From the NCBI GenBank assembly GCA_046583315.1, contig JAYGCN010000162.1, positions 1 through 18,202 on the forward strand: 18,202 nucleotides of DNA, read 5' to 3'. The stretch's first letter is position 1. Each line of letters begins with the position of its first letter. Position numbers and translations under genes: made by a program. Source of the stretch: Candidatus Hydrogenedentota bacterium. GTDB lineage: Bacteria; Hydrogenedentota; Hydrogenedentia; Hydrogenedentales; GCA-2746185. Positions 1-6,898 of the stretch are shown here, piece after piece. The notes under the pieces were generated by a model. The model was given only the letters and a program-made list of their open reading frames with translations, was not told the DNA's origin and ran no database searches.

Positions 1-23
1 TGCCCGTTTACGCTTCACCGGGC

Positions 24-302
24 TCAGAAGTTTCCCGAGGCGGCCTCCCGAAGGATGTCGTTATCCAGAGCCATGTCTGCCACTAGCTTCTTAAGGCGGG
101 CATTTTCCTTCTCCAGCACGCGTAGTTTCTTTGCCTGATCGGCTTTCAAGCCACCATACTCCTTGCGCCAACGGTAATAGGTCTGCTCGGTGACCCCAAT
201 TTGCTTGCACACCAGAGGAACGGCCTTACCCTTGGCCAAAGCCACTTCCGCTTCACGGAGCTTCCCAATAATCTGTTCAGAGGTAAATCGTTTTCTAGGC
301 AT
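24..302 (-). CDS. IS3-family transposase OrfA (HTH + leucine zipper)
   Basis: MPRKRFTSEQIIGKLREAE...GVTEQTYYRWRKEYGG...LEKENARLKKLVAD is a typical IS3 OrfA. The ATG at 302 is preceded by AAGGAGGG (314-307), so it is preferred over the 332 start in the ORF track. Confidence 0.93.
   Translation of the reverse strand: MPRKRFTSEQIIGKLREAEVALAKGKAVPLVCKQIGVTEQTYYRWRKEYGGLKADQAKKLRVLEKENARLKKLVADMALDNDILREAASGNF
30..36 (-). other. Programmed -1 ribosomal frameshift site G_GGA_AAC (OrfA to OrfB)
   Basis: The minus strand reads TCG GGA AAC TTC TGA, containing an X_XXY_YYZ heptamer. The -1 frame reads KLLSPVKRKRA and is open to the window edge, as expected for the start of OrfB. Confidence 0.75.
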
Positions 303-396
303 CTTGCCCTCCTTGTCTGAACCCAATTTCACGACCTTTTACAATAGCAAATATTGGACTCGTTTAGAGGGGCGGGACCAGGCGGCTGTATAGGAT

Positions 397-425
397 TTGA
401 CAACGATACGGTTTTGCGAGACAAT
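397..425 (+). promoter_or_regulatory. Putative sigma70 promoter of the G8 protein gene
   Basis: TTGACA (397-402), a 17-bp spacer, then GACAAT (420-425). The implied transcription start near 432 favours the ATG at 461. Confidence 0.6.
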
Positions 426-460
426 ACTTCATGTATCGGTTCAACGAGTATGGAGAAACT

Positions 461-3400
461 ATGCATTATTCAGACGCACGTGCTCTCTCTCTAGTTTGTC
501 GACAAGTGTTTCTATACGGTTTGGCGTTATTCGTAACACTTATTCAAGTCGGCGCCCATGCAGCCACAGCCACGCAGTCTGGCGATTGGAGTAATGGCGC
601 GACGTGGGGCGGTTCGGTTCCCACAGGTACGGAGGAAGATATAGTTATTCCATCGGGAATCGACCTCCTTCTCGATCAGAATGTGGAGTGTGGCGAGCTG
701 AAAGTCATGGGGACGTTGACAGTGGACGCGGCTGACCTCTCACTGACGTGTGACTCGTTGATTGTGATGGGAGCGACAGCGGAATTCACGGCCGGTACAG
801 ATGTGTCACGATTTACAAATCGATTCGTTCTCACGCTAAAAGGCGAGTCATCAGAGAACTTTGAGCACACGATGGGGTCGGATACACATGACATGGGTGC
901 GCGCGCGTTGGTTGCGTTGATGGGTGGGACTATTAATATTCACGGTGAGGACCGCAATTATGAGTGGACGCATCTGGACGCGACGGTGTCTGCTGGAGCG
1001 ACACAGCTTACCTTGAGCGATGCTGTGGACTGGGAAGCTGGAGATGTCATCGTCATCACCGCATCGACATCGGACTGGACCGAAGTCGAGACGGTGACGA
1101 TTTCCTCGGTCGCCAACGGAGGCCTCACCGTAAATATTTCGTCACCTCTGGCAAACGATCACCTCGGAGTAATTTACCAATATACGCGTCCGAGTGACAG
1201 TAAGGATTGGTACGCCGACATACGTGCAGAAGTGGGCCTGCTTTCGCGGAACGTTACCATCCAAGGTGCGGCGGACAGCACGACCGATGGCTTCGGTGCA
1301 CACGTGATGATTCACGGTCCCATGGTGGATGGCGAAACGACGCATCCCTCGGGTGAAGGGTATATCAAAGGTGTCGAAATTTATCGCGGCGGACAGAAGA
1401 GTCTACTCGCGCGGTACCCCTTCCACTGGCACCTGCTTCAGGATTCGGGATCAGGTCAATACTTCAGTGACAATGCCGTACATGAATCCTTCAATCGCGG
1501 CATCACGATTCATGGCACGGACTATACCACGGTCGAAAACAATATTTTCTACAATCACATCGGTCACGGAGTGTTTTTGGAGGACGGCTCCGAATTCTAC
1601 AACACCATTCGCTACAACCTCGTCGCGCTGACCAAACGTCCCGCTCAAGGCGAGGAGGTCACCCCATCAGACAACTCCCATGACGAAGCACAGAACCGCA
1701 CTCCCGCGAGCTACTGGATCACCAACCCCAACAATACGTTCGAATACAACGTCGCTGCAGGATCCGAAGGTACCGGGTACTGGTTCATCTTCCCAACCCA
1801 GGTAATAGGGCTCGCCGCCGGTCTCACCTACTACACGGATAGAATAGCCGATGAACAGCCGCTGGGAAGCTTTCTCGGTAACACAGCACACAGCAACATG
1901 AATGGCTTCGACATATTTGATAGGCTTGGGTCGGACCACTCCATCATCAAGAATTCCGGATGGATTGAATACTCCGATCACGTATTCGACCAGAATACTT
2001 GGTACGCGAACGACACCGCGCTCTACGCCGGCGACGGCGGGCAATTCCAGGGTAATCCGACGCAAAATATCATCCATCGCGATAGTGTATTCATCGACAA
2101 TCATCACACCTTCATGCTCGCTTCGAGTAATGTGATTGAAGAATCACTCATCGTCGCCGATTCGAGTGAAAACCTCGCCGATTACCCCCGCTACTTCTGG
2201 CGAGTCTACGATGGCGCGCCCTCCCTCGTTGACAGCTATCTCGTCGGATGGGATGCGTCGGATACGAATTTCGTGGAATCCATCGGTGCGGCACACAAAC
2301 GCGTCAACTGGCGGCACTCAGGAATTGAGACCGATCATGTTGGCGTAGTCCGAATGGAATTGGAAGACTACGACATCGCGCCTACGGCCTATGCGTTCAA
2401 AAGAGACCACCCCCAGTTCTTCGGAAATATTCTCCGTGATGTGGACGGGACTTTGACAGGTACCGCCAACACGTCGGTTGTTGCGAACCATCCGTGGTTG
2501 CTGGTCGGTGACGAAACACTGCTTCCCAATGCCACGAACGTCTATCATTCTCCGCACAAGTTCGCCCGAATCACCGATTGGAAAGAGAATTATCCAGATG
2601 TATTCTTCACCCGGACAAACCCAGGAACGAAGACAGAGTATTTGTATGCGAGTAACGGGGAAGACAAGAAACATCAGATTGCCGCCATTGTTAATGAAGA
2701 CTTTCTCTATACTGTAAACTACACAGCTTTACCTGCGACCTCACCAGTAACCTGGTATCTTCGGGAAGCCGAGGAGGACGACGTAGCGCTAATTCGCATA
2801 CCCAACACAGGAGGCTTGACGGGCCTTTCTGTAAGCGGCACCACGTACACTTCCGTTGCCGAAATCTATTCCGCCTCGTCCACAACGACCGGCTACTTCC
2901 TGGACGGTGACGGTACCTTGTGGATTCGGTTTGTGGCAGATTCTGACGGACGCGCATCTGTCTCGATTTCGGGTACTGGCGGATCGATGGCCTATGTCTA
3001 CAATGGGGCGGATGATTCCGATAAAGACGGAATGTCCAACGACACGGAAGGCGGCCCGAGTCTTGATACAGACGGCGATGGTGTGCCGGATTATCTCGAT
3101 GCCAATTCCGACGGGGATGGACTATCGGACGAGGACGAAGTTTATTATGGACTTGACCCGCACTCGGCAGCAGACCTGCGGTACGAATTCGGTTCGCTTG
3201 GAACCGGCGGGTGGCAGGAGGGCGGAACAGCCGACAGCATGGACGTGGATGTTGCCGGGGCTATGGAAGTCGTGAACGGAAACGGAAACGATCCGCATAT
3301 CGCGCTTGCCTACGAAGACATCATAGGCTTCCCCGGAAATGATGTCTCGACCCTACGCGTTCGATACAAGGCAAACGCCAGCGGAACGTTGAACTTGTTC

Positions 3401-3868
3401 TGGGCCAATACACTGGGTGGATTCAGTGCGTTGCGCAGACTTTCTGCGACAACCAGTTACACCGCGAACAGCGGATATCAGGAAGCGGTATTTAACGTTG
3501 GCTTACATTCCGAATGGGCGAATAAGCAGATAACTGGAATGCGACTTGACACATTGGACAGTGCTCCGAACTCAACGGTCTATGTCGATTGGATTCGCGC
3601 GGGAACGCAGACTGAATTATCAAGTAGCGGCCCAACCTATATCGTCTACGTCGACTTTGGCCACGGCGGACTGGAAGACGGCTCCTCAAGTTATCCTTGG
3701 AACCTTCTTGAGGAAGCACTCGATGTCGTCGATACAGACGGTCTAATCAACATCACCAAAGGCTCTGGCCACAACGAATCCGCAGAAACCTTCTCTGGTG
3801 GCGGCACCATCAGTCAGCAGGTGACTATCGATGCCATCGGCGGACTTGTACGTATCGGAGCGCCATAA
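461..3868 (+). CDS. Secreted G8-domain / parallel beta-helix protein (CEMIP/TMEM2/fibrocystin-like) with TSP3-like Ca-binding repeats and a CBM-like domain
   Basis: GGAG RBS just before ATG 461 (alternative start 431). Signal peptide ending AHA|A. G8-type start SGDWSNGATW. CEMIP/TMEM2-like motifs RAEVGLLSRNVTIQG, RYPFHWH, NRGITIHGT, GHGVFLEDGSE, SYWITNPNN and FLGNTAHSN. DxDxDG repeats at ~3011-3175. Confidence 0.85.
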   Translation: MHYSDARALSLVCRQVFLYGLALFVTLIQVGAHAATATQSGDWSNGATWGGSVPTGTEEDIVIPSGIDLLLDQNVECGELKVMGTLTVDAADLSLTCDSLIVMGATAEFTAGTDVSRFTNRFVLTLKGESSENFEHTMGSDTHDMGARALVALMGGTINIHGEDRNYEWTHLDATVSAGATQLTLSDAVDWEAGDVIVITASTSDWTEVETVTISSVANGGLTVNISSPLANDHLGVIYQYTRPSDSKDWYADIRAEVGLLSRNVTIQGAADSTTDGFGAHVMIHGPMVDGETTHPSGEGYIKGVEIYRGGQKSLLARYPFHWHLLQDSGSGQYFSDNAVHESFNRGITIHGTDYTTVENNIFYNHIGHGVFLEDGSEFYNTIRYNLVALTKRPAQGEEVTPSDNSHDEAQNRTPASYWITNPNNTFEYNVAAGSEGTGYWFIFPTQVIGLAAGLTYYTDRIADEQPLGSFLGNTAHSNMNGFDIFDRLGSDHSIIKNSGWIEYSDHVFDQNTWYANDTALYAGDGGQFQGNPTQNIIHRDSVFIDNHHTFMLASSNVIEESLIVADSSENLADYPRYFWRVYDGAPSLVDSYLVGWDASDTNFVESIGAAHKRVNWRHSGIETDHVGVVRMELEDYDIAPTAYAFKRDHPQFFGNILRDVDGTLTGTANTSVVANHPWLLVGDETLLPNATNVYHSPHKFARITDWKENYPDVFFTRTNPGTKTEYLYASNGEDKKHQIAAIVNEDFLYTVNYTALPATSPVTWYLREAEEDDVALIRIPNTGGLTGLSVSGTTYTSVAEIYSASSTTTGYFLDGDGTLWIRFVADSDGRASVSISGTGGSMAYVYNGADDSDKDGMSNDTEGGPSLDTDGDGVPDYLDANSDGDGLSDEDEVYYGLDPHSAADLRYEFGSLGTGGWQEGGTADSMDVDVAGAMEVVNGNGNDPHIALAYEDIIGFPGNDVSTLRVRYKANASGTLNLFWANTLGGFSALRRLSATTSYTANSGYQEAVFNVGLHSEWANKQITGMRLDTLDSAPNSTVYVDWIRAGTQTELSSSGPTYIVYVDFGHGGLEDGSSSYPWNLLEEALDVVDTDGLINITKGSGHNESAETFSGGGTISQQVTIDAIGGLVRIGAP
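3011..3175 (+). repeat. Thrombospondin type-3-like Asp-rich Ca-binding repeats within the G8 protein
   Basis: DSDKDGMSND, DTDGDGVPDYLD and NSDGDGLSDEDEVYYGLDP. Confidence 0.75.
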
Positions 3869-3877
3869 TCGGTCCAT

Positions 3878-3910
3878 CCGCATTTCGATGAAAAGAAAAT
3901 GGCGGTGTTT
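3878..3910 (+). terminator. Possible weak intrinsic terminator after the G8 gene
   Basis: Imperfect stem CCGCATTTC...GAAAATGGCGG followed by TGTTT, about 10 nt after the stop codon. Confidence 0.25.
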
Positions 3911-3946
3911 ATATACGCGACGAACTGATTCTCACCTGAAGTAGAA

Positions 3947-3998
3947 TGGCGGAGGATGAAGGACTCGAATCCACAAGACCGAAGTCGCCGGCTCTCGA
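3947..3998 (-). pseudogene. Degenerate 3' half of a class II tRNA, most likely tRNA-Ser(CGA); candidate att-site remnant
   Basis: Minus strand TCGAGAGCCGG-C-GACTTCGGTC-TT-GTGGA-TTCGAGT-CCTTC-ATCCTCC-GCCA: part of an anticodon loop, a variable-arm hairpin with UUCG loop, a T-loop, the acceptor strand, discriminator G and CCA. The 5' half is absent and the T-stem is mismatched. Confidence 0.7.
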
Positions 3999-4015
3999 TC
4001 TATTGTTTAAAAATC

Positions 4016-4201
4016 CTATTCCATCAATAGTTTGGATAGCATGTCATGCGCGTGTTTTGCAGTCGTGTAATTTCGATTCATGCGGACGACGCCTTTTTTG
4101 TCGATAATGAAAGTCCAAGGGAATATCGTCGGAGTGTTCTGGCCTTTGTTTATGGGTCTTTTCAGAATTTTCGGGAGTCTGTTGTTTTCGCTATGAATCA
4201 T
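4016..4201 (-). pseudogene. Probable C-terminal remnant of a TlpA/thioredoxin-like protein
   Basis: FPWTFIIDKKGVVR resembles the cis-Pro 'P-T-T-F-I-I-D-x-x-G-x-V-R' motif of TlpA/redoxin folds. There is no CxxC, and an in-frame TAG lies at 4214-4216. Confidence 0.4.
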
Positions 4202-4223
4202 GGGATTTATCCTCTATTTACCC

Positions 4224-4342
4224 CGTATGGTCAAAAAAACTCGGCCTACCACTCTGTACCCTGTAAATTAAGGAGTATATAGGTTTTTGGGCAGGAAATC
4301 TCGGCCTCTTGATTTCCTCGTAGGGTCAAAAAACTTAGCCTA
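4224..4342. repeat. Degenerate direct repeats in the AT-rich spacer
   Basis: CGTATGGTCAAAAAAACTCGGCCTA (4224-4248) and CGTAGGGTCAAAAAACTTAGCCTA (4319-4342), plus a weaker copy GGGCAGGAAATCTCGGCCT (4289-4307). Confidence 0.5.
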
Positions 4343-4600
4343 ACGTTGAAAACGCGCTACGAATTGATTTTCGAGATGAATTCAGCTATGTTATCGGCAA
4401 AACTATAGTTTGGGCACAATTCGAAAATGGCCTGTCAATATTGACCAAAAATTGCCGGCTATAATAAAAACACCCTCACCATCACTGAAGCAGTAGATTT
4501 TCTTCTCGATCACACTAGCAGTAACTGAACTTTAGTTTCGCCAGGTGTCGCCTGATAGTTTCGCTCCGTACACCGTCACATAAGTCTTAAGAAATATCAT

Positions 4601-6604
4601 CTATTTGGCAGGAGAGACAGGCTTGTCTCTGGATACCCTTTTCTTTCGTTTCGTGTTCTTCGTGCCGGGGATAGTGTGAACATATTCACCTCTGAAGCGC
4701 TTATTGGCGTCCTGGCGCCTACGTTCGTGGGCTTCGGGTGGCGGCGTATCCGATATGAGGCAATCGCATCCTTTGCCGATGAGATCGCTTCGCTTGGCAT
4801 CTATCAGCGCTTTACGAACCTCGAAGTAGTTTTCCGGTTTGAAGAACTGCATGAGCGCACGTTGGAGTTTTCGGTCGCGCAGTTTTCTGGCGATATGAAC
4901 GGGTTTTTTCGTGAATGGATCAAGTCCCGTATAGTACATTGTCGTGGCCACGTCCAACGGCGCAGGAATGAAATCCTGCACTTGGTCGGGACGATAGCCG
5001 GTCCTCTTGAGCATCACAGCCAGATGAATCATGGAGTCGAGATCGCTGCCGGGATGACTAGCGATAAAGTATGGGATAATTTGCTGTCTTTTACCCATTT
5101 TTTCCGATTCCTCGTGAAATACTTCAGTGAAATATTCGAAATCGTCGCCGGAGGGTTTACGCATCATATTTAAGACTTCGGGATCGGTATGCTCGGGAGC
5201 TACTTTCAATCGTCCGCCGACATGGTGCCGAGTCAGCTCCCGAATATATTCGGGTGATTTGCGAGCGAGATCCATTCGAACGCCGCTTGCTACCTTGACC
5301 ATCTTAATGCCCTTTACATTACGGGCCTCTTTCATGAGTTCTATAACCGGGCCATGATCGGTTCCCAGCAACTTGCAAATTTTCGGATGTACGCACGATT
5401 GCCGACGGCAGATCGCTTCAACCTCGGGCTTGGAGCATTTCATTTCGTACATGTTTGCGGTAGGCCCACCGATATCGCTGACGACCCCCTTGAACTTAGG
5501 ATCCTCCGTCATCGTTTCCAACTCATTGAGGATCGAGTCCTTACTTCGTGATTGGATAATTCGGCCCTGGTGCGCGGTGATCGAACAAAACGTACAGCCA
5601 CCGAAACATCCGCGCATGATGGTGACTGAATCCTTAATCATCGTGCTGGCGGGAATAGTTTCTGTGTACTCGGGATGAGGTTTTCGCGTGTATGGCAAAC
5701 CGTAGATACTGTCCATAGCCGCTTGGCTAATGGGATAACGTGGAGGATTACAGACAATCGTCCGTTGACCATGAAATTGTATTAATCGACGCGCATTAAA
5801 TGGATTCGTTTCGTTATGAATGTGCTTGGTGGCTTCGGCAAATTGCACCTTATCGGCCACGACCTCGTCGTAGCTGGGAAGCGTAATCGCATCTTCAGGG
5901 GGTGTCTCGGAGGCGCCCGTCGCATACGCAATACCGCGCAAATCTCGGAGTGACTGTAATGAATCTCCCTCGTTAAGTCGATTGGCAATTTCCAAGATGA
6001 TGTCTTCGCCCATCCCAAAGACGAGAAGATCCGCTTTCGAATCGAGCAAAATCGATCGACGGACTTTGTCTGACCAGTAATCATAATGGGCCAGACGACG
6101 AAGCGATGCTTCGACACCGCCAGCAATTACGGGAACGCCTTTGTACGCTTCGCGCGCTCGTTGACAATAGGCCAGAGTAGCCCGATCAGGCCGCAAGCCT
6201 ATTTTTCCACCGGGCGAATAGGCATCATCGTTTCTCACTTTTCTATTTGCCGTGTAGTGGTTGATCATCGAATCCATGTTGCCGGCGCTAACTGCGTAAA
6301 AAAGTCGTGGACGACCGAAGCGTTGCCAGTCGTCTGCATTATCCCAATTCGGTTGTGAAACGATTCCAACGCGAAAGCCCCCTGCCTCCAATACCCGACC
6401 CAAAATAGCCATCGCGAAACTCGGGTGGTCTATGTATGCGTCACCTGTGACGAAGACGATGTCGATTTCGTCCCAGCCACGCTGATCCATTTCTTCCTTA
6501 GACATGGGTAACGCAGTGCGCTCCAATAGAGGCACGTTCTGCTTGGGCAACTGAGCGAGTAGAGTACTGGAAGAAAAAGCTTCGTTGAGCCTTTGGGATG
6601 GCAT
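4601..6604 (-). CDS. ygiQ: YgiQ (UPF0313) family radical SAM protein
   Basis: VTGDAYIDHPSF, AGNMDSMINHYT, GGVEASLRRLAHYDYW, CxxxCxxC (CFGGCTFC), DIGGPTANMY, VAPEH, PYFIASHPG and QVQDFIPAP. The ATG at 6604 has GGAG 8 nt upstream; the alternative start is TTG at 6637. Confidence 0.93.
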   Translation of the reverse strand: MPSQRLNEAFSSSTLLAQLPKQNVPLLERTALPMSKEEMDQRGWDEIDIVFVTGDAYIDHPSFAMAILGRVLEAGGFRVGIVSQPNWDNADDWQRFGRPRLFYAVSAGNMDSMINHYTANRKVRNDDAYSPGGKIGLRPDRATLAYCQRAREAYKGVPVIAGGVEASLRRLAHYDYWSDKVRRSILLDSKADLLVFGMGEDIILEIANRLNEGDSLQSLRDLRGIAYATGASETPPEDAITLPSYDEVVADKVQFAEATKHIHNETNPFNARRLIQFHGQRTIVCNPPRYPISQAAMDSIYGLPYTRKPHPEYTETIPASTMIKDSVTIMRGCFGGCTFCSITAHQGRIIQSRSKDSILNELETMTEDPKFKGVVSDIGGPTANMYEMKCSKPEVEAICRRQSCVHPKICKLLGTDHGPVIELMKEARNVKGIKMVKVASGVRMDLARKSPEYIRELTRHHVGGRLKVAPEHTDPEVLNMMRKPSGDDFEYFTEVFHEESEKMGKRQQIIPYFIASHPGSDLDSMIHLAVMLKRTGYRPDQVQDFIPAPLDVATTMYYTGLDPFTKKPVHIARKLRDRKLQRALMQFFKPENYFEVRKALIDAKRSDLIGKGCDCLISDTPPPEAHERRRQDANKRFRGEYVHTIPGTKNTKRKKRVSRDKPVSPAK

Positions 6605-6641
6605 GATTGGTGCTCCGGCGATCACGGTAGTGGACAAAACA

Positions 6642-6671
6642 ATTATACGCGTAGTAGCCGATCTCCTACAA
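6642..6671 (-). promoter_or_regulatory. Putative sigma70 promoter of ygiQ
   Basis: Perfect -10 TATAAT (6647-6642) and a weak -35 TTGTAG (6671-6666), with an 18-bp spacer. Confidence 0.45.
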
Positions 6672-6691
6672 ATAATCTTCGATACCGGCGC

Positions 6692-6716
6692 TGGCGGAGG
6701 CGGCGGGAGTCGAACC
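6692..6716 (-). other. Isolated 3' fragment of tmRNA (ssrA) or tRNA-Ser; candidate att scar of an integrated element
   Basis: Minus strand GG-TTCGACT-CCCGC-CGCCTCC-GCCA: T-loop, 3' T-stem, acceptor strand and CCA. Similarity stops just 5' of the T-loop. It differs by one base (the discriminator) from the common tmRNA end GGTTCGACTCCCGCCGCCTCCACCA. Confidence 0.7.
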
Positions 6717-6898
6717 TGAAGCCTTGTAAATTGTTTAGCATGGTTAAGTGGTAAACGTGAAAGGGGTTAGTCGGGGTGTTTCCCCGTCCAAGGGTCTCCG
6801 TACAGCTTGTGTGCAGCAGATTCGTTGGCTCGGAATGGGGAATAACTTTGTTCATGTGCGTAGGATTCGCGGTGGTTGCCTGATGCTGTGCGAGTTCC

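Larger units (their letters stand above)
1..380 (-). mobile_element. IS3-family insertion sequence (IS407-group-like), left part; continues beyond the window start
   Basis: The minus strand begins at 380 with TGGTCCCGCCCCTCTAAACGAGTCCAATAT, a 5'-TG terminus like an IS3-family left inverted repeat. It is followed by an RBS, orfA, a slippery heptamer and the start of orfB. The right end is not visible. Confidence 0.85.

Noticed and set aside
3899..3954. AATGGCGG repeated at ~3898-3905 and 3945-3952 as an extra att core
   Set aside because: Only 8 bp; the first copy is also explained as an arm of the putative terminator.
4224..4342. CRISPR array
   Set aside because: The repeats are few, degenerate and irregularly spaced, and no cas genes are present.
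4441..4465. TTGACC...TATAAT as a canonical sigma70 promoter
   Set aside because: The spacer is only 13 bp.
4601..6604. Functional link between YgiQ and urease maturation
   Set aside because: ygiQ has its own promoter candidate, is separated from ureG by an att-like scar, and is a widespread gene not known to associate with urease.
3947..6716. The two RNA-gene fragments as an attL/attR pair excising ygiQ
   Set aside because: They share only TGGCGGAGG and generic T-loop bases, their acceptor and T-stem sequences differ, neither is an intact gene, and no integrase lies between them.
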